From Podarcis melisellensis (Eukaryota): DNA of 64,000 bases. Location of the stretch: the NCBI GenBank assembly GCA_964234715.1, contig OZ174281.1. The stretch is one strand, 5' to 3'. The notes under the pieces were generated by a model, which was given only the letters and a program-made list of their open reading frames with translations, was not told the DNA's origin and did no database searches. The translations under genes and the position numbers were made by a program. Of the stretch, positions 12,801 to 23,428 are shown piece after piece (position 1 is the first letter of the stretch; every line of letters starts with the position of its first letter).

Positions 12801-13601
12801 CCGGGAATTGTCAAAATGAAGGCATTGGCTCGGTGTTACGTCTGGTGGCCTAATATGGACGATGCCATCACTGCCTGGGTGTCCGCCTGTCAAGCGTGCC
12901 AAGAGTCGAGGCCTGCACCACCGGCAGCTAAGGGACACACCTGGGAGACGCCAAAGACACCCTGGTCGAGGGTGCACATCGATCTGGCTGGCCCCTTTCA
13001 CGGCCGGACCTTTATGGTAGTGGTGGACGCCTATTCCAAATGGCTGGAGGTCGCCCTGATGCCCTCCACCACTACCGAAGCTGTCATCCGGGTGCTGCGA
13101 GGCCTGTTTGCAACGCATGGGTGTCCTGATGTCCTTGTCTCTGACAACGGACCGCAGTTCACGTCAGGCACCTTTGAGCGGTATCTTTTGGGACTGGGCA
13201 TCCGCCATGCCCTAATGGCACCCTTTCATCCATCCAGCAACGGGCAAGCGGAAAGAATGGTGCGCTCGGCAAAAGAGGCACTGGCGCGCCTGGATCGGGG
13301 AGACTGGCATGAGCGGGTCGCCGAATACTTGTTCGTGCAACACATCACCCCTCATGCGGCCACAGGGAGGAGTCCTGCTGAACTGCTTATGGGCCGCCGC
13401 CTCAGGTCACCACTCGACCGGCTACACCCGGACTTTGCCGTGGCTGAACCCCCAGGCTGTGCCAACGCGCCACGGTCATTTGTCCCAGGAAACCAGGTCT
13501 TTGCCCGGAACTATGTGGGGGACATTCCTTGGGTGCCAGCCACAGTAGTGGGAGTCACTGGACCTCGCTCGTACCAGGTGGCACTCGAAGATGGACGCTA
13601 G
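9870..13601 (+). CDS. gag-pol: Gypsy gag-pol polyprotein (Gag, two Zn knuckles, aspartic protease, RT, RNase H, integrase)
   Basis: 1243-aa ORF. Knuckles CAGCGGNHSRAKC and CRKCSRRGHIAKVC; protease IDTGS; RT LDLAQAY...YFDD; RNase H ACDAS...ERNYSQLDKEALA...TDHKPL; integrase HVGH...CQAC, HIDLAGP, SDNGPQF, GQAERMV. Confidence 0.96.
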   Translation: MASLVPLLPFAPASESWDSYLARFDCYLQANELTAVSKDRKQGLFLSLCGPEVFETARALVAPEAVQATPWDTIQEKLRNHYAPKPSKIAARHAFYHRNQAEGESINNYTTALRQAAMHCEFRDLDDALMDRIVCGVRDIHLQRRLLAKPDLTLQKAIEEAVASEAAERSAQEIRKSSSPRLAREPVPVHHEEASSDEASSSEDDDVHQTKRERRKFQQKSKGQPECAGCGGNHSRAKCRFRDAICRKCSRRGHIAKVCRSAPSDTPPSSTRKSKSSLQSAKESCFALTNCRCPSGTTIGQTDSPTRRKLNVTVLIEGAPCDMEIDTGSALSIVSWSTIKRLVPRVSKRQLNSHRVHLRDYQGNDIPVVGVGRFRIAFKDFSGLLRLVVVEGQRPSLLGLDWFDALGLEVTGINCISNAETERLVKDFAEVFDGTLGQYTGTPISFSLDPQAAPIKLKPRRVPFALKAKVDEQLDKLIAQGVLEPVAHAKWETPIVTPVKPDGSVRICADYKCTINKALQQHAYPVPVVQHLLHSLGEGKVFAKLDLAQAYQQLPVDDATAEAQTIVTHRGAFRCRRLQFGVSVAPGIFQSLMERLLQGLPGVVPYFDDVLVSADSHQQLFERLRAVLTRFQEAGLKVKREKCQIAVPQVEFLGYLIDASGLHPTTSKIRAIQQAPTPKNKTELQAFLGLLNFYNMFLPHKATVAEPLHRLLSTKTPWAWGHRETAAFNAVKALLSSDSVLVQYSESRPLVLACDASPFGIGAVLSHRFPDGREAPLAYFSRTLSPTERNYSQLDKEALALVAGVKRFHEYLYGRTFDLITDHKPLLGLLAGDRPTPPVLSPRMLRWTVFLAAYHYRLIHRPGKSMGHADALSRCPLPAFVEDPAPASSLLLIEDLPAAPVSATTVASASAQDRTISRVLNWVWRGWPQGPFASEFQPFATRQHELSAHRGCLLWGDRVVIPQGLRQRVLEALHVGHPGIVKMKALARCYVWWPNMDDAITAWVSACQACQESRPAPPAAKGHTWETPKTPWSRVHIDLAGPFHGRTFMVVVDAYSKWLEVALMPSTTTEAVIRVLRGLFATHGCPDVLVSDNGPQFTSGTFERYLLGLGIRHALMAPFHPSSNGQAERMVRSAKEALARLDRGDWHERVAEYLFVQHITPHAATGRSPAELLMGRRLRSPLDRLHPDFAVAEPPGCANAPRSFVPGNQVFARNYVGDIPWVPATVVGVTGPRSYQVALEDGR

Positions 13602-13982
13602 TGGCGACGGCACATAGACCAGCTTAGGCGCAGGGTTGGGAACTTGGACACTACCGAGGTGCCCCCAACTGCGCTTGCAGCTCCAGAAGAGACACGTACA
13701 GATGGCGAGGCCCCACCTACACCTCCCTCGCAAACTGCCAGCGTGGAGCCGAACCAAGCCGCTTCAGAACAGACTCAGACCACTCCACTTGCGGAGGCTC
13801 CACCCACAGCACCGGATCCAGGGGAGTTGGTTCCAACGCCACCTAGGGTCGCACCACAGCCTCAGCGAGAACTGTGTGGCCCTCCGGACTTGGCTACCAG
13901 TCCCCGGCGGTCTGGCAGAGTTTCCAAGCGCCCAACTTATTTAAAGGACTATGTTGTTGGACATGTATCACTGTTGGTCTAA
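13602..13982 (+). pseudogene. In-frame integrase C-terminal tail beyond a premature TAG
   Basis: Same frame as 9870 (DGR*WRRHIDQLRRR...). Continues through a Pro-rich linker to RRSGRVSKRPTYLKDYV, a typical LTR-element C-terminal motif, and stops at 13982. Confidence 0.85.
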
Positions 13983-14083
13983 GTATGGGAAATGTAACCG
14001 ATATGCTTTTGTGCCTAATTGAACCATTACGCGTAGTGCTGTATATAAGGAAACCATTACGATTGTAACTAACGCCTTATCTC

Positions 14084-14095
14084 GGTGGGGAGGGG
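14084..14095 (+). promoter_or_regulatory. Polypurine tract of Gypsy element
   Basis: GGTGGGGAGGGG directly abutting the 3' LTR. Confidence 0.9.
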
Positions 14096-14360
14096 TGTTA
14101 TGTAGTGTAGTTTCACCCTGGGCCAACAGGGGGATACTGTATATAGTTTTCACTCAGGTCTGTAGATAGTTTTCACTCAGGTCCGCGGCAGTTATTTTAG
14201 GCGGGAACTCTGGGCTGTGGTTGTTACAATGTTGACAGCCGGCTGCCTATAAAAGCAGGCCGGCTGAGCTGTTTGCAGTCAGTTCTATTCCAGCTTACAA
14301 AATAAAGAGCTACTTGAAGAAATCGCTGTGCCGGCTGCTATGTCAACCCACAACTTAATA
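14096..14360 (+). repeat. 3' LTR of Gypsy element
   Basis: Identical to 9410-9674 and followed by TSD GCCAC. Confidence 0.96.
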
Positions 14361-14755
14361 GCCACCTATATGATACACTCATCTGCAAACTCCTGGTTGG
14401 CTGTATTCCTGTTTGCATTATTTCAGCTTGATGCCTTAAGATGCAATGTGTGAAATGGCACTAGGTTACCTTAAAAGAAAAATAAAAAATGAGTTTTGCA
14501 CATAATGATAAATGAGATTGGTCAGTATCTATGGCATTATATAATAAAGTCTTTATTGAGCCAATAAGGAAGCAGACCTTCTGTTTGCATTGTATACAGA
14601 GACCAATTAAGCCAAGTGGCAGCACCAAGGGAATTAATCATTTGGTGTCTTAGAAGTGAAATCACTGAAACAGAACACTGCCGCAAGATAAATTACTACA
14701 CATTCTTAACTTTGCATCTAAACTAGTTATCAACAATGTATGTAAATTTGCTTAC

Positions 14756-14764
14756 CTCCTCTTT
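14756..14764 (-). other. Candidate 9-nt microexon (AAAGAGGAG) of an unidentified host gene
   Basis: Minus strand reads ctgatTGCtttattttctgtatttttcag|AAAGAGGAG|gtaagc: branch-like CTGAT, UGC, polypyrimidine tract, CAG and a near-consensus donor. Frame-preserving. Confidence 0.6.
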
Positions 14765-16340
14765 CTGAAAAATACAGAAAATAAAGCAATCAGTGTGGTG
14801 TTGCTTTTTTCCTGACACAGCTCCCACTTCCTGGAGAGGGTGGGAACTAAACATGGGACAAATCTCATGCTTTGCTACTATGAAATAGTCTGTCCCTATT
14901 ATGCTGCATGGAAACCAACATTTGGGTCACATATATTTTTTTTAATGGGTAAAGTTTTGCTTAACACAATGTCTATTTATTGCAATGTATTAATGAGAGC
15001 AATAGGACTATAGAATGACACTGTTGTAGCCAATTAATGTGTACAAAGAGTAGACCCACTGAAATAGAAAGGGCCAATTCAAATCAATTGATTTCAATGC
15101 TTCTACTCTGTGTAAGAATTAACTGGCCACAACCCAATGAGTACAACAGGCTTTTCCAATGCTGTGTGTAGTATAAGGAAAATAGGATATGGCTAGAACA
15201 AAGAATAATAAATACTATAGCTATAAGGGAAGGAACCCAAATCACCATAGCAGCTGAAGGCAAGTGTTGACATATGTACTGCTGAACTTGCCCTCATCAC
15301 ATGCCTGACAGCAGACCTATATGGGGTAACCTCTGCTCAGTATGAACAATGGGTTCAGTCCCGCCTGTGTATTGCTAGGACCTTCAATATAACTTCAATC
15401 ATATGAACCACAGGGACCTTGGAATTTCAAGGAGGGCCCAAAACATTCTGATGTCATCCTGCAGGCAAGGAAGGTGAAGGGATCACGTCACTCCTGTGAC
15501 TGGAATCACCAGAGAAACATGAAGTCTAAAGGGTGGTAACTGTAACTTTTGCTTTTCCATGGTTATACTGATTCTACTGGGTGGTTAAGGGCTCCATATA
15601 GAGCCCTCCTTCCACACAACACAGCCGCTGCTTGTCATTCTGCAGCCCCCAGGATTGCCTACCAACTGGAGGGCTCATGAGGACAAACCTAGGCCATGGA
15701 ACTCATTCAGCTGTGGAGCAAAAATCATTACAGACCTGCTTCTTGCACAATTCCCAAAAATAAATGCAATTCCAGGTGCTGTCAGTGAGTGCTGTTTGGA
15801 CATGAGGTACTTGACATTTTTTAAAAAAACAACCACCACAAAACAGGCCTCCTGTATATAAAAAAGCCAGCATGAAGAAGAAATATATGCTTGACTTTAT
15901 ATTATGCCAATCAATTGCTGGAGTAAATTTCCCCGCTTAAGATTTACACCACCACTGAATCTTGTTCCGTCTGGAAAATTGGCATGATATGGGCAGAAAA
16001 TGCCTGGGCTTAAGCTGACATGCTGCACTTCAGATACAGTGTTTTGCCTGGGCTAACTTCTAATGATAAGCCACGCTACTAACATATGTCTACAGTGGAT
16101 ATACAAGCACTATCTCACATTGGAGCAGTTCATCCTGTGGGTCAGCAATGGCCTCTCAGCAGTGACAAACAGTCCAGAGTCAACACAATGTAACAGCAAT
16201 CTGACATCAGAAAGCACAACACAGAAATCAGAAGAACATGTCAACCTCTGAAGGCACTCTGCTACTGACAATCAAGCGGCTACCCTTGAGCAAATAAATT
16301 TCAAAACCAGTCTTCAGCCATTGAATTACAACTTGTCAAG

Positions 16341-16695
16341 TTAATGGACTATGCTGAAATGGCAAAATTAACCGGAATGGGAAATGTTTATTATGTATTT
16401 GCAAAAGTATTGTAATCAAGTTAATACATTGGCAGGATTTTAAGAACACTTGCAATTTTAGAGATAGTATAGGAAATTTGAGGTTATAAATAAGTTGGAG
16501 TAGAAATGATATGGAGTCGGGGGGGGGGACTTTTAAGGAAGCGGGGGGGGGGGTTCACGGAATTTGGAGAATCCCATTTTATGGATTTGATAATGTATTT
16601 TTGTGTATATTTTCTTAGTTTGTTGTTGTTGTTAAAGATTATTTTCTATTTTTGTTACTTCTGTTAAAAACTCTCTCTCTCTCTATATGTATATG
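16341..16695 (+). mobile_element. L1-clade LINE 3' fragment
   Basis: LMDYAEMAKLTG remnant related to the ORF2 ends at 18597-18836 and 48.9 kb, and a G-rich 3' UTR. Flanked by GAATTA[CA/TC]ACTTGTCAAG direct repeats. Confidence 0.75.
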
Positions 16696-17517
16696 AATTA
16701 TCACTTGTCAAGCAGTTCAGCTCCATCACATGTGGACTGAATAAAGAAAACTGGTGCTGAAAGTGAGTGCTGTTTGGAAAAGAAAGCAGGTTTTTATCCC
16801 AGGATGTTTGTTAGATTGCCAGTGTCAGGATGTCTGTATTATCATCAACAATGCTCTCTGAATGGTTGCTGTAATGATTTTATACACTTTGAAGGATTAA
16901 TATGGTCATCATGGTCTGATCTTTTTGCATTCCCTTTCCCTCCACTGCTCAGGATTCCTGTATTTGACAACTGAGATATATTTTTAGGAACCTGCTATTA
17001 TATTGGCTTTAATTTGTTTTACCTGATTTTAATATTGTATCTTAAAATTACTGTAACTGGCCTTGGGGCCTCATGGCAAAGGGTGGATACAAAAGTAATA
17101 AATACTACCTTCTCCTCCAAAACCATGTAGATTAGATACTTGCCAAATTAGCTGATGAAGTGAATACTAGTCCCAGAAACTCTCTATCCTCCCTTCACTT
17201 TCACAATGAACCATACTGCCAGATTTGATTCCTAACCAATTTTGGTCCTTTGCTTAAATATGGTAAAAGAATGTACTGTTTGACTTTCTATTCTGGGCCA
17301 TGTTTTATTTGTATGATCTAACGACAATGCCTTAACTGGACCAAGTACTGTTTTCCTTTGTTGCTGTTTTGTGTTGTGGAATTCTGGAAAAAAATCTATT
17401 AAATTAAAATCTATATTTAACTAACCCTATAAAAAATAGCAACCTGTTATTCTTATTCCAATACTGGCAAATTTAACTAGGACTGAGAAATTTATCTAGG
17501 AGTATATGTGGTGACAA

Positions 17518-17823
17518 GGGATGCGGGTGGCGCTGTGGTCTTGCCGATCGGAAGGTCGGCAGTTCTGTTGTTCGGTCCCAGCTCATGCCCACCTAGCAGT
17601 TCAAAAGCACGTCAAGTGCAAGTAGATAAATAGGTACCGCTCCGGCGGGAAGGTAAATGGCATTTCTATGCGCTGCTCTGGTTCGCCAGAAGTGGCTTAG
17701 TCATGCTGGCCACATGACCCAGAAGCTGTCTGCAGACAAACGCCGGCTCCCTCGGCCTATAGAGCAAGATGAGAGCCCAACCCCATAGTCGTCCGCAACT
17801 GGACCTAGGTCAGGAGTACCTTT
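17518..17823 (+). mobile_element. Sauria-type SINE with internal deletions
   Basis: Shares the core GCAAGTAGATAAATAGGTACCGCT with the other copies. 14-bp TSD with one mismatch (TATAT[G/A]TGGTGACA). Confidence 0.9.
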
Positions 17824-17999
17824 TATATATGGTGACACATATAAATTCTCATGGGACTTCTGTAACAAAAAAACACTTTGCCTGCCATTTCATTCTAGAA
17901 GTGTTCTGTGAGTAACACTATGTCATTATGTGATGCCATTTCCTAGATGGATTCTGAACAACAACAACAAAGAATAATATTGCTGTAAGCTTACATCTG

Positions 18000-18356
18000 G
18001 GGGACGCGGGTGGCTCTGTGGGTAAAACCTCAGCGCCTAGGGCTTGCCGATCGCATGGTCGGCGGTTCGAATCCCTGCGGCGGGGTGAGCTTCCGTCTTT
18101 CGGTCCCAGCTCCTGCCCACCTAGCAGTTCGAAAGCACCCTTAAGTGCAAGTAGATAAATAGGTACCGCTTATAGCGGGAAGGTAAACGGCGTTTCCGTG
18201 TGCTGCGCTGGTGCCGGCTCGCCAGAGCAGCTTCGTCACGTGGCCACGTGACCCGGAAGTGTCTCCGGACAGTGCTGGCCCCTGGCCTCTTAAGTGAGAT
18301 GGGCGCACAACCCTAGAGTCGGACACGACTGTATGGGCAGGGGTACCTTTACCTTT
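18000..18356 (+). mobile_element. Sauria-type SINE, full length
   Basis: GGGACGCGGGTGG head, B-box GGTTCGAATCC, ACCTTT tail, perfect 14-bp TSD TAAGCTTACATCTG (17986-17999, 18357-18370). Confidence 0.92.
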
Positions 18357-18386
18357 TAAGCTTACATCTGATCGAAAAAGCTCATC

Positions 18387-18836
18387 TTTTTTTTGTAATT
18401 AATTTTTATTCAATTTCCAATATACCTTCCATCCATATTTAACATCCATTTCTAACATATACATCTTTTAGACTTCCCTCAGCCTATCTGGCAATTTTCC
18501 ATATTATCACAATTACTCACATTTCTTAAATTTATATTGAGCTTTAACAATCTTAATCTTATAATATCTTTTAAGCAACATTTCTACCAATCATTTTCAC
18601 AGAGCTTGCTGAAAGCCAACAAGTGTTAATTGCTCCTCACATAAATTTTTGATATACTTTGTAAATTTATTCCAGTCCTCGGTGAATCTCTGATCACCTT
18701 GGTTCCGAATTCTCCCCATTAATTTGTCCATTTCTGCATATTCCATCAGTTTCATTCTCCATTCTTCCCTCGTCGGCATTTCTTCCTGTTTCCATTTCTG
18801 GGCCATCAAAATTCTAGCTGCTGTCACTGCATACAC
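18387..18836 (-). mobile_element. L1-clade LINE 3' fragment (ORF2 C-terminus, 3' UTR, poly(A))
   Basis: ORF YAVTAARILMAQKWKQEEMPTREEWRMKLMEYAEMDKL and a T-run at the left end. Confidence 0.85.
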
Positions 18837-19327
18837 TGTGGCATTGCAGTCTTAAATACTTTGCCTGCATTTTATTACCCCAGAAGCACTGCTATCCCCC
18901 ACTTCATTGCCCAGGAATGGGGTAGGAAAACTGGGAGTTCATTTCAGCTCAGTCCAACACCACTATTTCTGTGATTAGCCATACAGAGGTTGATTTAATG
19001 TTGTTGTTTTTCCTTATCTGTGGGCTTGTGTAAACTCAATATAGCTGTTCCCTAACATGTTAGGACAGGAGATGAAAATCTGTAGTAGCATATTAGCACC
19101 CTTTCCAGAAGCAGCATCTTGTTTGATATACTTGCTATATTGAGGTTGACAGAGCACATTTTGTTGTGACTTCCAAGCATATTGAATGTATCTGCCTTGT
19201 GTTGTAGGCTTTATGCACTGAAACATGCAAGGAAAACATGTTTTAAGGAAGATCTGCATTGAAAGCCAAAATATACCTACACAAAGTAACACAGGCAAGC
19301 AGTTGAAACAAAATAAAAAATTAAAAA

Positions 19328-19410
19328 AACTCCTTCGAGTAGCACCTTAGAGACCAACTAAGTTTGTTATTGGTATGAGCTCTCGTGTGCATGCACACTT
19401 CTTCACATAC
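19328..19410 (-). mobile_element. Penelope-like element terminal fragment with decayed minimal hammerhead motif
   Basis: Minus strand reads GTAT-GTGAAGA-A-GTGTGCATGCACAC-GAGA-GC-TC-ATAC...TTAGTTGGTCTCTAAGGTGCTAC. Confidence 0.7.
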
Positions 19411-22400
19411 AGGCAAGTAGTTTATTCACCCTGTGCAATCCAAAAGTAGTTATAAATTTGCAATCCAAAACTAGTTATAAATTAGCTGTCCATTACATCT
19501 GAACTTTCAGAGTTGATATGATTTAAGGATTTTATACATGGCCCACACAGCCACATTTTATTTGCTTTCCAGTTTTGTACAATAATTTACTTTTCCTGGA
19601 TTTTTTCCATTGACTCCAGTAACAATTGAACAGTATTTTTGATTGTAATATGATCCATACTTTAGCAAATCCCAAGTGAGCTTTGGAGCTTATTTGCTTA
19701 TTGTTGGGTGTTCTGCTACTGGGATAATGAATGGAAGGTAACTTGCCCAATTAATCTAGAAAACACGCTCTATTCCAGTATGCATCCACACAATTTGTTT
19801 TTAAATTCCCACAAAAACTGTGGCCATTGTTTCAACAAGACTTATTCAAAATCCAGAAGTGAACACAGTTTTTACTTTCACAGACTGAACACACCTTTGG
19901 GAAATTTTGAAAGGAACCTTTTCTTTTAAGAGCATGTCAACTTGCAGTTTAATAAACTAAAATACTGGGTACATCTCACTAGCTAATGGAGGGACATTTA
20001 AAATCCCAAAATGGGATTCAAAAGCAAACATGCCCGGTCCACCAGTAATTTGGAACATACATTATTGTATTATGGCTATTTCAGCACTATTACAAAAATT
20101 ATATTATTTAGGCTCTCCGTTATAAAGCACTGTATAGGTTTTTTTGTTTAAGCCTATGCCTTTTTTGGGGGTATATGAAACTCACAGTAAAAATTCTGGG
20201 GAAAATGTAAAACAAGTATTTTGAAACATCTACGCTTAAAAATAACTGATTTGTAAGATGAGCATGTAGGAAAAAGCTGACACTATGTTCAGAGGTACGT
20301 ACATCTTTTGTCCTACCCTCTCTCTACTCTTACTTCCTTTCTCAAATATTTGTATCTGATGCGTTGCCTTTTATCAGCAGTGTAGTCCACCAAGGACAGG
20401 AACTTGGTGCTTCTATCTTGTAAAATGTATACAACAAAATCATAAGCAGCAGTCACCTCTGTGCTGAGAATAGCACAGGAAAAATGTCACAAGCTTAAAT
20501 CACAACCTCCTCTCCGATCTAAATTAATAGCAGTAATCAAAATGGTTGCTTTCATTCAATTGTGTGTGACTTGTTTATGCTGGAAAGAAAGGCTAATATG
20601 TAAAGCATGTTTGTGAAATTGAAAACGGTTGTATAGTAATCACTGAATATCTTGCACACTAGGAATGCTTGGACTTTATTCACATTCATATTGATGTTGA
20701 CTCTGGTGGTCTATGATCTGATGCATGCCATTTGATTATGTGATAATCTAATACAGCCATAAAAATTGATTCTGTTCTAAAATGCACTTGAAGGTACATC
20801 AGACGGCTTGTCAACCCGCTCAAGGAAAGAATAAAGTGCTAAGAGTGGATGCACAGCCTTGCTATATATAGAAATCCTATTACAATTACCCTTAACTGTC
20901 CTCTGCCTTCCTATACAGCAGCTTCCCCCACCCCCGCCCCCACGGTGTCCTCCGTTATCTCCCTCTGTTGGTAAATATAATGCGAACATTTTTATGTAAA
21001 CAGAGAGCAGAGCAAAGACCTCCCCTGTTGCTCAGAACAGAACCCCAAGTTGTATTTTACAACCCCATGCCTTAGTAAGTCCTAAATGTGTTATTTAATA
21101 ATAGACCAAAAATATTTTATCCTTTGTTGAGCTATTGATGTGTCAAACTGTGTGGTATACCAAGTTTAAAATAAATGTCCAGGCATAATTAACATTTACA
21201 GAAAGCAAATCTATAAAATAAAATCTGAGGGGTGCTAAAAGGTATAAAAAATAATAATGATTGAATGATTATACATTCTATAGACTGCCAACCTGTAATA
21301 ACAGTGAATATCACATTTGAACAGTTATTTCTATACTGCACCTACATTGTTGTCAAAAGTGCTTTTCCCTACAACAACTTTATTGCTAGCAAGGTTATTC
21401 TTCTTTTTCCTCTTTAAAAGTCATGGCCATTACAGTACACATTTTGATAAGTTTCATTACAATAAAATAACTGCTGCATTATTCATTCATTCAAAATGCT
21501 GGCATTTTCTCCCTAGTCTAGACATATGCCTTTAGTGGAAATGGATTGTCTGGTACCAACTATATTTTATAATATTGAACTTTCTCACTTGGCTTATTGA
21601 CATGCTTGCTTGGAAATTGGCATCTAAGGGCTAAACTACACACTCTGTTAAAAGCATCTTTAAGTAATGTGCTTAGTAGTGGCCACATCACTTTTCTTAG
21701 AAAAGAAGACACAGGATTGGGTCCATGGTGTGGGGAAACGAGGTCCACCCTTTCCCTCAACTTTTTGTGTGTCAAGAATTACCTCCAGTTAATATTTGCA
21801 CCAAAGTACCTTTGGGCATAATTTCTGGTGGCAAAATGGGACTGGGAGAAGGGTTGTAACTAAGCACATTAGTTCAAGATGCTTCTAACATAATGTGTAG
21901 CTTAGTCTTAACTCTATACACTTGTGGATCTATACTAGATGCGGTCTAGATCTTTCTTTCAGGGGACTGCAAGACAAGCAGCAGTAAAATCCTAACACAT
22001 TTTTTTTCAAAAAACCCACACTGGTAAAGACCATTAAATAATAACAGCATATGTTATTTAGGAAGCACAGTTTCTAGTGTATCTGTGGTCTCCTGGACAA
22101 CCTGTAAACTTACCAAAGTTACTACTCTTCTTCCCTGGAGCCAACAACCTTTCCTGGCCAAAAGGTTTGGTTGTATTTACACACAGAGAGGGTAAAAAAT
22201 AGGAAAAACCATCAACTCTTATCTCAACTATCTTTTCTCTCTGCAATTTACCTTCCCCCCCACACACCTGCATTTGTATTTGCCTACTGTAATTGTCACA
22301 ACCCACAACCAGCATGTTCTTGGGAATTTGCTTTCTTTTGAGTCCTTTTCTACACACCAGCAAAAGCACAACAGCCACGTTCATAATTGCTCTCTTTAAT

Positions 22401-22774
22401 CTTTCTCAAAAGCAGGCACTATCAGTGTTTAGTAAATATACTGCACTGGTGTGCAAAAAGTAAGAGTCTGATAAGACTGCTGGTTGAAAGGATAAAGAAA
22501 ACTTAAGATTTATTACTCATAGCAAACAAACCCATTCTAAGCATAAATTTAAGATGTGGCCAAAGTGGAGTCAAGAAGTTAGCAATATCACATGCTAACT
22601 GATATTCTAACTGGCTTGAACTAACTAAACCTAGAGAAGAGGACAAGTCCTCTTAAGGAAGAGTCAGCGAGGAAGAATAGGTTACCTTTCTGTCTATTGC
22701 TCTCATTGGTTCAGACAACGTTTAAGTTTACTTCCAACAATCAACAGCATTGTAGACACTCAAAACAGTCCATC

Positions 22775-23098
22775 AAGGTAAAGGGACCCCTGACCATTAG
22801 GTCCAGTCGCGGACGACTCGGGGGTTGCAGCACTCATCTTGCTTTACTGGCTGAAGGAGCCAGTTTACAGCTTCTGGATCATGTGGCCAGCATGACTAGC
22901 CGCTTCTGGAGCAGCACACGGAAACACCGTTTACCTTCCCGCCGGAGCGGTACCTATTTATCTACTTGCACTTCGTGCTTTCAAACTACTAGGTTAGCAG
23001 CAGAAGGGACCAAACAATGGAAGCTCACCCCGTTGCAGGGATTCGAACCGCCGACCTTCTGATTGGCAAACCCTAGGCTCTGTGGTTTAACCCACAGT
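22775..23098 (-). mobile_element. Sauria-type SINE
   Basis: AAGGTAAAGGGACCCCTGACC tail, GGTACCTATTTATCTACTTGCAC core and GGATTCGAACC B-box on the minus strand. Confidence 0.9.
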
Positions 23099-23363
23099 TT
23101 AACCTTCTGTCAAAGGTTACATTTAGATAATAAAACAGTCCTGGGGACAGAATCCTGGAGTGTCCCACAGACTAAATTGTTCAGTGCTAATTGAAGTGTC
23201 CATTGAAAGAAAAGGCTAAAGAATTCTCAAAGTGATATTTTACTATGTATTCCGGATCCAGATTGTAGACTACAGTAGCAGTGGCAATGGGATACAACCC
23301 TAAGGCACCACTGTTACACTAACCTCTGGCACACATCTCAATAAGGGAAAGAATGTACCGGCA

Positions 23364-23428
23364 GTAGTATACTGCTAGTGGAAATCTATAGTAGTATACT
23401 GCTAGTGGGTAGTATACTGCTAGTGGGT
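23364..23428. repeat. 18-bp repeat x3
   Basis: GTAGTATACTGCTAGTGG three times, with a short spacer between the first two copies. Confidence 0.9.

Larger units (their letters stand above)
9410..14360 (+). mobile_element. Ty3/Gypsy LTR retrotransposon (Mag-like), full length, very young
   Basis: Two 265-bp LTRs (9410-9674, 14096-14360) read identical. 5-bp TSD GCCAC at 9405-9409 and 14361-14365. PBS and PPT present. Single gag-pol frame in PR-RT-RH-IN order. Confidence 0.97.

Noticed and set aside
13602-13612. Second PBS-like TGGCGACG right after the Gypsy premature stop
   Set aside because: It simply encodes the conserved WRR of the integrase tail and has no adjacent LTR.
10015-13944. Many overlapping alternate-frame and antisense ORFs inside the Gypsy element
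   Set aside because: Expected shadows of a GC-rich coding region, with no recognisable motifs.
23364-23428. CRISPR-like repeat array
   Set aside because: Eukaryotic context with short tandem units and no regular unique spacers; a simple local duplication.
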